A DNA stretch of 64,000 nucleotides from assembly GCA_016871805.1 (NCBI GenBank), contig VHCG01000009.1:6545-70544 (forward strand), written 5' to 3'. The translations under genes were made by a program, and so were the position numbers. Below are positions 46,444 through 57,521 of the stretch, one piece after another (position 1 is the stretch's first letter; each line of letters begins with the position of its first letter). The DNA is from Verrucomicrobiota bacterium (GTDB taxonomy: Bacteria > Verrucomicrobiota > Verrucomicrobiia > Limisphaerales > UBA9464). Under the pieces are notes generated by a model, which ran no database searches, had not been told where the DNA came from, and worked only from the letters and a program-made list of their open reading frames with translations.

Positions 46444-47257
46444 GTCACCGATTCAACCTTCTCCGGGAGTTCTTCGAACATCGCCAGATTTGGGGATAGG
46501 ACGGGTCTTGCATCCGAAGTCATCTGGATGCCGGACTCCCCTCTGGGGGCAGAGACGGTAGCGTGGCGGGATAGGTTGGGCTTTCAGCCCTGCAGAAACT
46601 TGGAGGACTGCCCATTCGATCCCTTAGATCCCAGGGCAGGGCGGTGGGCAATTTCGGTGGTCGCACCCCACCTGGTGCCTCCGTGACGTTGGCGTAAGAA
46701 GCTTCCACCGGCACGATGCGTCGACCGCCTCCATCAAGGACACGTTGACGCAGAGCGGATGGGTTCCTGTCAGGCACCGTCAGTCCGTCCCGCCACATTG
46801 CCCGATCCGAGTGTCACCTGTCGTTCCCGGAGCGCATCGGGGAGGCGGAGCTTTTCACGGATGGGCAGCGCTGCAAGCCCGAGACGAAACTGTTGTTTGC
46901 TCCCGCGGATTCTCTGGATCTCGAAGGCCATCGGGTCATTCCGCGTCGCTCAGGAATGGTCGTTCAAACCTGGTCTAAACATTGGACAAACCGTGACGCG
47001 TCACAAGCGGGTGGCCCATCCCCAACGCCCATGACCACGGTCCTGGGTGGAAGCGTGATCATCGCCTCGGGTGGTTCCGGTGGGAGCGTGCTCTCGGTCA
47101 ACCGGAGTGGAAACGAGTGAGGCAACTATTGCCTCAGCCCGGACCTCCGCCCCGCCCTTGGTCCGGTTCGGTCAGATCAGAGTCACTGGATTTGGGGAGT
47201 GATGGATCGGTCCTGGGCGGGCATTCTGGAATCGAAGGTTGGAACCGCACCTCACCC

Positions 47258-47998
47258 ATGAAATATCTCGTGTCCCTGCTGCTCCTGCTGTGTGGATTTA
47301 CCGTTCTTTTTCAGGCCTTCGCCGAGGAGCCGCCTGCCTATGTCCCCAAGGGGTTCTCGCTACAGTGGCAGCCGGATCTGGCGAGTGACGCCATCCTCGG
47401 GCAGCTCGAATTTACCGATCCCAAGGCGTGGCGTCGGAGCACCAATGCCGGCCGGGCGGCCCTCGAGCTCATCGGGAACAGCCAGTACGCCGCGAAGGTT
47501 CGCTCGCCGAGCAGCATTGCGGTGCTGACCACGCGGCGTTTTGGCGACTTCCTGCTCGAGGCTGAGCTGCTCCAGACCGGACCCGACTATGGGCATCGCG
47601 ATCTCTGCCTGTTCTTCGGGTTCCAGGATCCCGGCCGGTACTACTACGCCCATTTCGCCAGCAAGACCGATCCGGAGGCGAACCAGGTGTTCATCGTCGA
47701 CGGCAAGCCGTTCACGAAGATCTCCACCCGGACGACCGAGGGAAGTCGCTGGGGGCAGAACGAATGGCACCGGGTACGGGTCCAGCGTCTCCGTACCCGG
47801 ATCACGGTCTGGTTCGACGACATGACGACCCCGGCGATGCTGGCGGAGGACGCCCGGTTTGGCGCGGGCTACATCGGCTTCGGCTCCTTCAACGACAGCG
47901 GGCTCTTCGCCCAAGTTCGGGTCTGGGCCCCCTTGGGGGATCCCGTGGTGAGGAACCTGGATCTGTTCCGGAGTGGCGCTCCTGCTGGGGCGCAATGA
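47258..47998 (+). CDS. DUF1080 (3-keto-disaccharide hydrolase family, LamG-like jelly roll) secreted protein
   Basis: ATG 47258 gives the signal peptide MKYLVSLLLLLCGFTVLFQAFA. The pattern W..S....LEL.G...........FGDFLLEAEL.........H.D..L.FG......YY...F..............VDG...........W......H.V.V.......I.VW.D resembles DUF1080 domains. The call is by eye only. Confidence 0.55.
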   Translation: MKYLVSLLLLLCGFTVLFQAFAEEPPAYVPKGFSLQWQPDLASDAILGQLEFTDPKAWRRSTNAGRAALELIGNSQYAAKVRSPSSIAVLTTRRFGDFLLEAELLQTGPDYGHRDLCLFFGFQDPGRYYYAHFASKTDPEANQVFIVDGKPFTKISTRTTEGSRWGQNEWHRVRVQRLRTRITVWFDDMTTPAMLAEDARFGAGYIGFGSFNDSGLFAQVRVWAPLGDPVVRNLDLFRSGAPAGAQ

Positions 47999-48213
47999 GA
48001 TGAAGCACTCGTCGTTGCTAGGGGGCACGAACTGCAGTGATAAGTGTCCAAGCAATACCGTTGAGCCATCAAGGTGTAGGAGGCGACAGGCTCCACCTGA
48101 ATTGAGTCGGTGGTGCTCCATTCCTGTTTTCGTGAATGGTGAATCCTTTTGGACGTGCGCCGGAGTGTTTCCCGGCGCTTGAACCGGCCGGCGATGTCTG
48201 CAATTCAAGACGT

Positions 48214-49323
48214 ATGAGCCGTGGAAGGGAATGGGTTCCGGAGGGTCTTACCGGTCTTCAGATCGTCCTGTTGGCACTCACTCTGGGGTTGAATTCTGCT
48301 GGTGCTGCGGATCGGGCTCCTTCAGAGCCCCGCGCCCGTCTGGAGCCAGCCCCGCTTCTCGAGTTTCCGTCCGACCCGGACTGCAACTCGCCCTGTTTCT
48401 GGCACGCCGGACAGCTTTACCTGTTCACCTCGAATCAAAGGCCCTCCCGGAGCGTGGGTCCGAATCTGGAGGGGCTGGGTGCGTCGGTTCCAAGTCGGTT
48501 CGACGATGGCGCGAAGAAGCTGCGCTGGATCGAAGCGGTGTACCTGCGTGATGATGGGCTACTTCTTGGTCTCTACCACCGGGAGGAATACCTCGGGGAG
48601 TGTCCGGAGCGGGAATATTTCACCGTGCCGGACATCGGAGTGGCCCGGTCCCGGGATCTGGGTCAGACGTGGACGGATCTGGGAATCGTTCTACGGGATC
48701 CTGGTGTACGGCGTTCGTGTGACACGCCCAACAAGTTCTTTGCTGGAGGGGTTGGCGATCCGAGCTGGGCGATCGATGGGAAGGGCGGGTGGGCCTACAT
48801 TTTTTTCTCCTCTTACACGGATCCCTTGTCCAACCAGGGCATCCAGATCGCCCGGGTTGCGTTGGCCGACCTCGAGGCTCCTGTCGGCAAGGTCTGGCGA
48901 TGGACGGGAAAGGCTTGGGATGCTCCGGGGCTGGGGGGGCAAGGAAAGCCGGTGGTGCCGGCCCGGGTGGCATGGTCGAATCCGAAGGCAGATGCGTTCT
49001 GGGGGCCATCCGTGCACTGGAACACCCATCTCCGGTGCCATGTGGTCCTCGTGAACCGGACAGCAGATGCCAACTGGACCCAAGAGGGCGTGTATGTGTT
49101 TTTCGCCGGCGACCTCTCCCGACCTGAGACGTTCACTCCGCCACGCCGGCTCCATGAGGGTGGATCATGGTACTGTCAGGTGATCGGCGATGGGTTGATT
49201 CATGGAACCGATTCCCGGGCGGGACAGAGCGCGCGATTCTTCATGAAGGGAAAGTCCCGCCACAGGGTCGTGTTCGAGCGAGGGGCGGCGGGGGGCGCGA
49301 CTGGACAACCAGCCTCTCCTTGA
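48214..49323 (+). CDS. Hypothetical secreted protein, 369 aa (unknown family; beta-propeller glycosidase-like is only a guess)
   Basis: ATG 48214 gives a signal-like ...LQIVLLALTLGLNSAGAAD. The frame is long and clean, but I recognise no diagnostic motifs. Confidence 0.55.
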   Translation: MSRGREWVPEGLTGLQIVLLALTLGLNSAGAADRAPSEPRARLEPAPLLEFPSDPDCNSPCFWHAGQLYLFTSNQRPSRSVGPNLEGLGASVPSRFDDGAKKLRWIEAVYLRDDGLLLGLYHREEYLGECPEREYFTVPDIGVARSRDLGQTWTDLGIVLRDPGVRRSCDTPNKFFAGGVGDPSWAIDGKGGWAYIFFSSYTDPLSNQGIQIARVALADLEAPVGKVWRWTGKAWDAPGLGGQGKPVVPARVAWSNPKADAFWGPSVHWNTHLRCHVVLVNRTADANWTQEGVYVFFAGDLSRPETFTPPRRLHEGGSWYCQVIGDGLIHGTDSRAGQSARFFMKGKSRHRVVFERGAAGGATGQPASP

Positions 49324-49387
49324 TTTAATCGTTTTGTGCTCTGAAATCCGGACGGTTCCGCGGTCATCGTTCTCTGGATCCACTGCC

Positions 49388-50467
<1,080 letters not shown>

Positions 50468-50479
50468 GGCAGAATCAGA

Positions 50480-50899
50480 TCAGACTGCGGTCTGCCCCAT
50501 GTCGGCAATGCGCCGGAATGCGGCCTCCTCCAGGGGCATCACGCTCAGGCGCGTGTGGCGGATCAGCGGGATCTCGCGTGTCCCAGGATCGGTTTTCAGC
50601 TCGTCGAGGGTCACCCGGCGTTTGAGCACCTTGTGGGGAACGAGATCGACGCAGGACCAGTCGCCCTCGGAGGCGGTTGGATCGGGATAGGCTTCCCGCT
50701 CCACGGTGGCGCAGCCCACGATCTCCTTGCCGATGTTGCTGTGGTAGTAGAGGACGCGATCCCCGGCGCGCATGGCCCGCAGGTTGTTCCGGGCCTGGAA
50801 GTTCCGAACCCCGGTCCAGGCGGTCCTTCCGTCGGTGACGAATGCCTCCCAGGAGTAGGCATCGGGTTCCTGCTTCACGAGCCAGTACTTTCTCGGCAT
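50480..50899 (-). CDS. EVE (PUA-like) domain protein
   Basis: Sequence reads MPRKYWLVKQEPDAYSWEAFVTDGRTAWTGVRNFQARNNLRAMRAGDRVLYYHS... Confidence 0.85.
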   Translation of the reverse strand: MPRKYWLVKQEPDAYSWEAFVTDGRTAWTGVRNFQARNNLRAMRAGDRVLYYHSNIGKEIVGCATVEREAYPDPTASEGDWSCVDLVPHKVLKRRVTLDELKTDPGTREIPLIRHTRLSVMPLEEAAFRRIADMGQTAV

Positions 50900-50966
50900 G
50901 GCCGCACAGTGTCCCGGGATCCGTGGACCACCAAGACGGAATCTGTCGGTGACGAGCTCCCGGCCC

Positions 50967-51632
50967 TCAACCCCTGAAGACGCTGTGGAGGATGGCCTCC
51001 TTGATCTTCCACAGGAGTGTCATGGTCAGCGCGACCGGCGGGAGCAGCAGCATGATAAAAAGCCACGGGCGGGTGAACTCGAGGAAGGCTCGGAATCGGA
51101 CGATTGGTTCGGGCGCGGGGTTCCAATGGGGCAGGCCGAGCCAGAGGAGGACGAACAGCCCGAGGACCATCAGGCCCCGGCTGTTGAGTCGGGTGAAGAA
51201 GAGCGTCTCCGATCGGAGCGCCTGGTCCGGCAGCATCGCGGCAAGCCGCAGGATCGCGTCATTCACGGCGATGAGGAACGCGACGCCTGCCAGGCTCAGC
51301 AGCACCATGCCATGACCGAAGAAGGCCTCGTCCGGGGCACGGTTCCACCAGACCGGCGTCGGGGAGAGTCCCACCAGGAGGAGTGCCAGGAAGGAGGCAC
51401 GATGCCGGGCGTTCACCCAAACCGTCTCACGCGCCTGGAACTTCCGGAGATGGAAGAGGCCGACCACCAGGCTTGCCGATGCGACGGCGGTCGGGGCGAA
51501 GCCGAACTGCCGCCAGCCAAGATCGAGTGCGCAGGCTGTCGCCGCCAGGAGCATGGCGGGCACCCCCCAGAAGAGCAGCACCAGTCCCCGGACGACCCGT
51601 GCGAGCGAGGGGAGGACGGTCTTCTCGGACAT
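50967..51632 (-). CDS. Hypothetical multi-pass inner-membrane protein
   Basis: There are about six hydrophobic segments, for example GLVLLFWGVPAMLLAATACAL, SLVVGLFHL and LMVLGLFVLLWLGL. I recognise no family. Confidence 0.55.
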   Translation of the reverse strand: MSEKTVLPSLARVVRGLVLLFWGVPAMLLAATACALDLGWRQFGFAPTAVASASLVVGLFHLRKFQARETVWVNARHRASFLALLLVGLSPTPVWWNRAPDEAFFGHGMVLLSLAGVAFLIAVNDAILRLAAMLPDQALRSETLFFTRLNSRGLMVLGLFVLLWLGLPHWNPAPEPIVRFRAFLEFTRPWLFIMLLLPPVALTMTLLWKIKEAILHSVFRG

Positions 51633-51680
51633 GGACGCGGGTGGGGCCGGTGCTCTGGGCCGAGGCCCCGCGCCGGTCGG

Positions 51681-53630
51681 TCAGTGGATCGACAGGTAGG
51701 TGTAGTCCTTGAGGCCGCGCTCGTATTCGTCGAGCAGCTTCATCCCCTCGGTCGGCTTGAGACGGTCGCTCCGGATCGCGGCGTCGACCTGCGCCTTCAT
51801 CTGGCGCTTGAGTTCACTCTCCTCGTATTGCACGGCGCGGAGGGTCTCGACGATCTGGTTGCCCTCGATGACCTCCTCGACGTAGTAGCCCGTGGGCTCA
51901 TCCGGCTCGAGGAAGACGTGCATCTCGTTGACCCGACCAAAGAGGTTGTGCAGGTCTCCCATGATATCCTGGTAGGCCCCCATCAGGAAGAAGCCCAGGT
52001 AGTAGGGTTCCTGGGTGCCGTTGGTCCCGTTCAGCGGGTGGAGCGGCAGGGTGTCGCGGACGTCCCGGAGATCGATGAACTTGTTGATCTGGCCGTCGGA
52101 GTCGCAGGTGATGTCGACCAGGGTGCCCTCCCGGGTGGGGCGCTCCTCCAGGCGGTCGATCGGCATGATCGGAAACAGCTGTCCGAGGGCCCAGTGGTCG
52201 AGGAGCGACTGGAAGACGGAGAAATTGCAGAGGTACTGGTGACCGAGGCTGTCCTCGAGATGCCGGATCTCCTCCGGGACATGGCTCTGCGAGCGAAAGC
52301 TCTGCACGACCGACTCGGAGATCTCCCAGTACAGGTGCTCGATCTTGGCTTTGTCCTGCAGATCCATCACACCGAGGATGAACCGTTGATGGGCGTCCTC
52401 CTTGCGTTCGAGGGCATCATGGTACGCCTCGAGCTTGTTGAGACTCCCTAGGTTGTCGCGGATCTCGAGCAGTTCCTTGACGATGCCGTGTTCGTTGGGT
52501 CCGAACGTGAAGTCGAGTTCGGGCGGGGTCTTGTCGATGTGACCAAAGACCTCGACCACGAGCATGCTGTGGTGGGCGACGAGGGCGCGGCCGCTTTCGC
52601 TGACGATGTTCGGGTGGGGGACGTTCTCCTGGTTGCAGACCTCGCCTAGGTAGTAGACGACGTCATTCGCGTATTCCTGGAGCGTGTAGTTGGTGGAGCT
52701 GTCGAAGGCGCTCCGCGAGCCGTCGTAGTCGACGCCGAGTCCACCTCCGACATCCACGTACTCCACCGGGAACCCGAACTTGTGGAGCTTGGAGTAGATG
52801 CGCCCGGCTTCCTGGACAGCGCGTTTCACCGTCAGGATGTCGGGCACCTGGGAGCCGATGTGGAAGTGAAGCAGCTTGAAGCAGTGGGCAAGGCCCTCAC
52901 GGCGCAGCAGTTCGGTGGCGGCCAGGAGTTCGGTCGTGCTGAGTCCGAACTTGGCATTCTCGCCTCCGCTCTCGGCCCACTTGCCGGCACCCTTGCTGAG
53001 CAGGCGTGCCCGGATGCCGATCATGGGTTCGACTCCGATGGCCTTCGAGGTGGCGATGATGAGGCGTAGTTCCTCGATCTTCTCCACGACCATGATGACG
53101 TTCTTGCCGAGACGGATGCCCTGGAGCGCAAGCCGGATGAAGGCCGGGTCCTTGTAGCCGTTGCAGATGATGAGGGCCCCGGGCTGGTCCTGGAGTGCCA
53201 TGCCGGCGAAGAGCTCGGGCTTGGATCCGACCTCGAGTCCGAAGTCGAAGGGCTTTCCGGCCTCGAGGATCTCCTCCACGACCTCACGGAGCTGGTTGAC
53301 CTTGATCGGGAAGACGCCGCGGTAGCGGCCCTTGTACCCGAACTCGGAGATGCTGGCCCGGAACGCGTCGTTGAGGGCCTGCACCCGGTGCCGGAGGATG
53401 TCCTGGAAGCGGATCAGCAATGGGAACTTCAGGCCTCGCGCCTTGGCGTCGGCGATGAGGTCGGTTATGTCGACCTGCACCCCGTTCTGCAGCGGCGTTG
53501 CCACCGCATGGCCTTCGGCGTTGATGTCGAAATAGCCGGCACCCCAGCGATCGATGTTGTAGAGCGCGCGAGAGGATTGCGGGCTCCAGGAGTCGGTTGC
53601 GGCCGTCAGTGCGGCGTTGGGGTCACTCAT
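51681..53630 (-). CDS. speA: Biosynthetic arginine decarboxylase
   Basis: ATG at 53628-53630 gives MSDPNAALTAATDSWSPQSSRALYNIDRWGAGYFDINAEGH... Other matches are YRGVFPIKVNQ, HFHIGSQ, VDVGGGLGVDY and CDSDG. The track start at 53687 adds 19 residues with no homology. Confidence 0.95.
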   Translation of the reverse strand: MSDPNAALTAATDSWSPQSSRALYNIDRWGAGYFDINAEGHAVATPLQNGVQVDITDLIADAKARGLKFPLLIRFQDILRHRVQALNDAFRASISEFGYKGRYRGVFPIKVNQLREVVEEILEAGKPFDFGLEVGSKPELFAGMALQDQPGALIICNGYKDPAFIRLALQGIRLGKNVIMVVEKIEELRLIIATSKAIGVEPMIGIRARLLSKGAGKWAESGGENAKFGLSTTELLAATELLRREGLAHCFKLLHFHIGSQVPDILTVKRAVQEAGRIYSKLHKFGFPVEYVDVGGGLGVDYDGSRSAFDSSTNYTLQEYANDVVYYLGEVCNQENVPHPNIVSESGRALVAHHSMLVVEVFGHIDKTPPELDFTFGPNEHGIVKELLEIRDNLGSLNKLEAYHDALERKEDAHQRFILGVMDLQDKAKIEHLYWEISESVVQSFRSQSHVPEEIRHLEDSLGHQYLCNFSVFQSLLDHWALGQLFPIMPIDRLEERPTREGTLVDITCDSDGQINKFIDLRDVRDTLPLHPLNGTNGTQEPYYLGFFLMGAYQDIMGDLHNLFGRVNEMHVFLEPDEPTGYYVEEVIEGNQIVETLRAVQYEESELKRQMKAQVDAAIRSDRLKPTEGMKLLDEYERGLKDYTYLSIH

Positions 53631-53783
53631 CTTGAGAGGCTCGAGGGGCGTGACTATAGGACGCGTCGGATCGATTTCAACGCACACGTTCGGGCTTGTT
53701 GGACTCGGAGCCGGGGCGTCTGGCAGGCCGGGCTCCGAGGCGTCGCTGGGTGCCTCTTCCTCGGGGTGTCGAGCCCGTTGAAG

Positions 53784-53799
53784 TCCCTAGATCTAGGGA
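53784..53799. promoter_or_regulatory. 16-bp perfect palindrome TCCCTAGATCTAGGGA in the divergent speA/hypothetical promoter region (candidate operator)
   Basis: Seen directly in the sequence. A second 12-bp palindrome, GTTGCATGCAAC, at 53844-53855 overlaps the ATG at 53849. Confidence 0.3.
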
Positions 53800-53848
53800 G
53801 GAACGGAGACTGGGCTGACACCGGGACTGAGCTGGCAGGATTCGTTGC

Positions 53849-54682
53849 ATGCAACAAAACTGGAAGGGTCATTTGGTCAGGCTGGGCGTGTTCCTGGCGA
53901 CCATGGTGTCGGCAAGAACCGCCGAGCTGCGTGAGGTGGCGGTCTGGAACTTCAATGCACCGGGTGTTTTCCAGGCCTCTCAGGGTTCCGGAGAGGCCCG
54001 GGTCCTGGGCGGAGTTTCCGTGACGAACCTGACTGGTTCACCGGCCGATCCACTCTCTCCCAACGCGTCCCTCGGACTCTGGGGCTTCCCTCCGCAGGGG
54101 ACGGCCCCGCGTTCGGCTGGGGTTGAGTTCGTGCTCGCGGATGCCTTTTCGAGGTTGCAGCTGTCGTTCGAGCTGCGGGTCTCGCCCACGGCCTGTTCCC
54201 GTCTGGTGGTGCTGGTGGGGCAGGGGGCGGGCGACTTTGTTGAGGCGGGAACACTCGAGGTGACGCAGGACGGAGTCTTCATCCCGATGTCGCTCGATCT
54301 TTCGGGCGTGCTGGACCCTCTTTCCTCGGGGGCGACCCGGATCCGGATCGTCACCGACACCCGATCTGACGGACTCTATCCCACCGTCAAATCCAGGTCC
54401 GACGGCACCGGTGTCTATGGTCCCTCAGGGGTATGGCGTCTGGATCGGGTGGTCTTCCGGGGCGTCGTCCGGGAGTCCGTTGAGGAGCCAATCCCGGTCT
54501 CGGCCGCTCTCACGGCCGACGGTCTGGCCCTCGAGTGGCCCGATTCCGGTGCGGAGCGGTTCACGCTCTGGAAGGGCCCTTCCGTGTCGGGTCCGTGGTC
54601 CACCGTTGGAATCCTGTACCATACCCGGAGCCTCGAGCCTCTGGACGAGGCGATGTGGTTCTATCGTATCACTTCGCCATGA
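53849..54682 (+). CDS. Hypothetical secreted protein with the C-terminal F-Y-R-I module
   Basis: Signal-like N-terminus ...HLVRLGVFLATMVSARTA. The protein ends ...LALEWPDSGAERFTLWKGPSVSGPWSTVGILYHTRSLEPLDEAMWFYRITSP. Confidence 0.6.
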   Translation: MQQNWKGHLVRLGVFLATMVSARTAELREVAVWNFNAPGVFQASQGSGEARVLGGVSVTNLTGSPADPLSPNASLGLWGFPPQGTAPRSAGVEFVLADAFSRLQLSFELRVSPTACSRLVVLVGQGAGDFVEAGTLEVTQDGVFIPMSLDLSGVLDPLSSGATRIRIVTDTRSDGLYPTVKSRSDGTGVYGPSGVWRLDRVVFRGVVRESVEEPIPVSAALTADGLALEWPDSGAERFTLWKGPSVSGPWSTVGILYHTRSLEPLDEAMWFYRITSP

Positions 54683-55901
54683 CCTCGGTTGCGACCCGGT
54701 CGAAGTCCTGGAACACCCGTTCGAGTGTGAACTTCGTCTCGACCGTCCGGCGTCCTGCGATCGACCAGGCGTTTCGCTTCTCGGCACTGCCGAGGATCGC
54801 GGTCATCTGTGCCAGGTAGGCATCCGAATTGCCGGGCGTGGCCAGTCCGGCATCGACCCCGGGCGTGATGATCTCAGAAACCCCTCCCGCCGCGGCCGCG
54901 ATGACAGGAAGTCCGACGGCCATGCCTTCGATGATCACCCGACCAAAGGGCTCTGGCTTCGTGGAGCAGTGCAGGAGGAGGTCGAGCTGGGACAGAGTCG
55001 ATGCGATGTCGGCCTGGAATGCGACGAAGTGAACCCGGGATTCCAGCCGCTGGGCGGTCACGAAGCGCTTCAGCGATGCTTCAAACGGGGCGTCCTCGTT
55101 GAACGCCCGTCCGATCACGACGAACCGCCCCGGGCGACCCTGTCCAGCCCAGTCCTTGGCGAGTCGCAGGAAGAAATCCTGTCCCTTCCAGGGAGTGATG
55201 CGTCCGACCAGGCCGATCAGCGGCTCCCCTGGTGGAATCCGGAGTTGGTCGCGCAGCAGGCTCGACTGGATCCTCCGGTATCGGTCCAACGGAATGCCAT
55301 TGTGGACGGTGGTGACCCGGTCCTCGGAAAGCCCCTGGTCGAGCAGCACCTTCCTGGCGAATTCCGAGACGGTGATCACGCGTGCGGCCTGGCGTCGGGC
55401 TCGTTGGACAAAGACGCGTCGCACCGGCCAACTGAAGAACTCCGGGCTGAGGATGTCGTTGAACCACCAGACGTTCGGGGTTCCGGAGTGCCGCGTCGCG
55501 TTGCCGGCAATGAGATCGTCCTTGTTGGTGCAGGAGATCACGACATCGGGTCGTGCGCCGGCGATGATCGACTCGAGCCGACGCGTTGCGGCGTGCACCT
55601 CCCGCCATCCCTTCCAGGCACGGAAGGGGCTGAATCGCCTGCCCACGACGCGCATCTCGTTGAGCGACTGGGATAGCCCGAAGGCGTGACGCGGAATCTG
55701 GGCACGTGCGATCGAGGTTTCGAGAGGACTCCCAGGAGCGCAGGCGACGGACGCCTCCCATCGGGACCGGAGGGCAGGCAGACCGAGGAGCTCGACGAGG
55801 TTGATTTCCGCCCCTCCGAGCACCTTGCTGACGTGGTCGACAAACAGGATTCGCTTCCGATTCACCGTGATGCCGGAGAAGTACAAGGTGGTCGTGGACA
55901 A
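54669..55901 (-). CDS. Glycosyltransferase family 4
   Basis: Sequence reads ILFVDHVSKVLGGAEINLVEL... with the E-X7-E region LLLHCSTKPEPFGRVIIEGMAVGLPVIAAAAGG. The exact start is uncertain. Confidence 0.8.
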   Translation of the reverse strand: MSTTTLYFSGITVNRKRILFVDHVSKVLGGAEINLVELLGLPALRSRWEASVACAPGSPLETSIARAQIPRHAFGLSQSLNEMRVVGRRFSPFRAWKGWREVHAATRRLESIIAGARPDVVISCTNKDDLIAGNATRHSGTPNVWWFNDILSPEFFSWPVRRVFVQRARRQAARVITVSEFARKVLLDQGLSEDRVTTVHNGIPLDRYRRIQSSLLRDQLRIPPGEPLIGLVGRITPWKGQDFFLRLAKDWAGQGRPGRFVVIGRAFNEDAPFEASLKRFVTAQRLESRVHFVAFQADIASTLSQLDLLLHCSTKPEPFGRVIIEGMAVGLPVIAAAAGGVSEIITPGVDAGLATPGNSDAYLAQMTAILGSAEKRNAWSIAGRRTVETKFTLERVFQDFDRVATEVMAK

Positions 55902-56041
55902 GAGAACAGAGGAATCGCGCCATGGATCGCCTCTTTCGCTCGGCTGTCCTTACTCGGGCCTCGGATTCGCGTCCGCTGTCCGCAGGGTGATCTGCACCTA
56001 TCCGATCGTCATTCCACGAGGATCGACTACTGTCCGCCGGC

Positions 56042-56770
56042 GTGGCGGGGAAATTCTATGTGAAGGGCGAGCGGCGGGCGGAGAAGGTCAGGGATCTCTT
56101 CGCCGAGGTGGCTCCACGCTATGACCTCATCAACGACCTCCAGAGCCTCGGTCTCCACCGGCTCTGGAAACGTCGCCTCCTCAGGCTTGCCGCCGTCCTC
56201 CCCGCGGAGAGGGCTCTCGACCTGTGCTGTGGCACGGGCGACATCGCCCTGGCCCTTCGGGGCGAAGGGGCGGAAGTCGTGGGTGTCGACTTCAGTGAAC
56301 CGATGCTGGAGGTGGCGCGCCAGCGGGCTTCGAGGAATCCGGTGACCCAAGCCGTGGCGTTTGAGCAGGGCGATGCCCTCCGGCTCCGATTCCCGGACGG
56401 GTCCTTCGATGTCGTCACCATCAGCTATGGGCTCCGAAACCTTGCCGATATCCCCCAGGGGCTGGCCGAAATGCACCGGGTCCTGCGTCCGGGGGGGCGG
56501 CTGCTCATCCTCGACTTCGGGAAGCCGGAGTGGCCGCCGTTCCGCTGGCTCTACTTCCAGTATCTGGCCCATCTCGTCCCGGTGTTTGGGCGCCTGTTCT
56601 TCGGGGATGCCGATACCCACGGCTACATCCTCGACTCCCTGCGGGACTACCCGGCTCAAAGGGGTGTCGATGCGCTCCTGCGCGGTCTTGGGTTTGGGTC
56701 GACGCAGACCTTCAACCTGCTGGGTGGGATCATGGGCCTCCACGTGGCCCACAAGCCAGGGCTGCGCTGA
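56042..56770 (+). CDS. ubiE: Demethylmenaquinone/ubiquinone C-methyltransferase (UbiE/MenG)
   Basis: Motifs are KVRDLFAEVAPRYDLINDLQSLGLHRLWKRR, the SAM motif LDLCCGTGD, and TISYGLRNLADIPQGLAEMHRVLRPGGRLLILDF. The start is a GTG. Confidence 0.88.
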   Translation: MAGKFYVKGERRAEKVRDLFAEVAPRYDLINDLQSLGLHRLWKRRLLRLAAVLPAERALDLCCGTGDIALALRGEGAEVVGVDFSEPMLEVARQRASRNPVTQAVAFEQGDALRLRFPDGSFDVVTISYGLRNLADIPQGLAEMHRVLRPGGRLLILDFGKPEWPPFRWLYFQYLAHLVPVFGRLFFGDADTHGYILDSLRDYPAQRGVDALLRGLGFGSTQTFNLLGGIMGLHVAHKPGLR

Positions 56771-56829
56771 GGGTGAGATTTGGTGCCGACCCCAGAGGGG
56801 TATCGTTGCCGTCGACGGGGATCACCGAC

Positions 56830-57480
56830 ATGCTGGCACCAATGTCCATCGTTCGAACCAAGATCTGCGGCATCACCCGGGCCGAAGATGCCCAGGTGGC
56901 CATCGACCACGGTGCCCACGCCCTTGGTTTTGTCTTCGCTCCGTCGAGTCCGCGGGCCCTCACCAGGGACCAGGCTGAGGTGCTGGTCCGGTCCCTTCCA
57001 CCCTTCGTCTCGAAGGTGGGGCTTTTCGTCGACGCCTCCCGTGAGGAGGTCCTCGACGTCGCAGCCCGGGTGGGGCTGGACACCGTCCAGCTCCATGGTG
57101 ATGAGAATCCTGAGACCTGCGCGGTGGTCCAGCAGGTGGTGCCCGTCGTGAAGGCGTTCCGGGTCCAGGGGCCGGAAACGGTGGTCCGCATGCAGTCCTA
57201 CCGGGGGTGTGTCGCAGGATTCCTCCTCGACGCCTACGTTCCCGGACGACACGGGGGGACTGGGACCCGGTTCGACTGGGTCCGTGCCGTCGAGGCCAAG
57301 GTGCTGGGTGTCCCCATCATCCTTGCCGGGGGTCTCGATTCGGTGAATGTGGCCGAGGCGATCCAGGTGGTGCGGCCCTTCGCGGTGGACGTCTCAAGCG
57401 GCGTCGAGAGTGCCCCGGGGCACAAGGATCCTCGGAAGCTCCGCGAGTTTTTGGTGGCGGTGTCGGCGGCTCAGGGGTGA
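56830..57480 (+). CDS. trpF: N-(5-phosphoribosyl)anthranilate isomerase
   Basis: ATG 56830 (alternative 56842) gives ...IVRTKICGITRAEDAQVAIDHGAHALGFVFAPSSPR...VQLHGDE...LDAYVPG..GGTG..FDW...ILAGGL. The longer track ORF from 56530 overlaps ubiE and has no homology. Confidence 0.88.
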   Translation: MLAPMSIVRTKICGITRAEDAQVAIDHGAHALGFVFAPSSPRALTRDQAEVLVRSLPPFVSKVGLFVDASREEVLDVAARVGLDTVQLHGDENPETCAVVQQVVPVVKAFRVQGPETVVRMQSYRGCVAGFLLDAYVPGRHGGTGTRFDWVRAVEAKVLGVPIILAGGLDSVNVAEAIQVVRPFAVDVSSGVESAPGHKDPRKLREFLVAVSAAQG

Positions 57481-57521
57481 ACGCGGTTGTGGAGTCCACG
57501 GTTCCATAGTTCGATAGGGGC

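Noticed and set aside
50898-52451. 517-aa plus-strand ORF opposite the membrane protein gene and speA
   Set aside because: It is antisense to speA, which has unambiguous motifs, and it spans an intergenic gap. Its composition is E/R/G/D-rich shadow-frame.
56530-56829. 100-codon upstream extension of trpF overlapping ubiE
   Set aside because: The extension shows no PRAI homology and has Pro/Arg/Gly-rich composition. It overlaps the well-supported ubiE frame, and PRAI similarity starts at about 56842.
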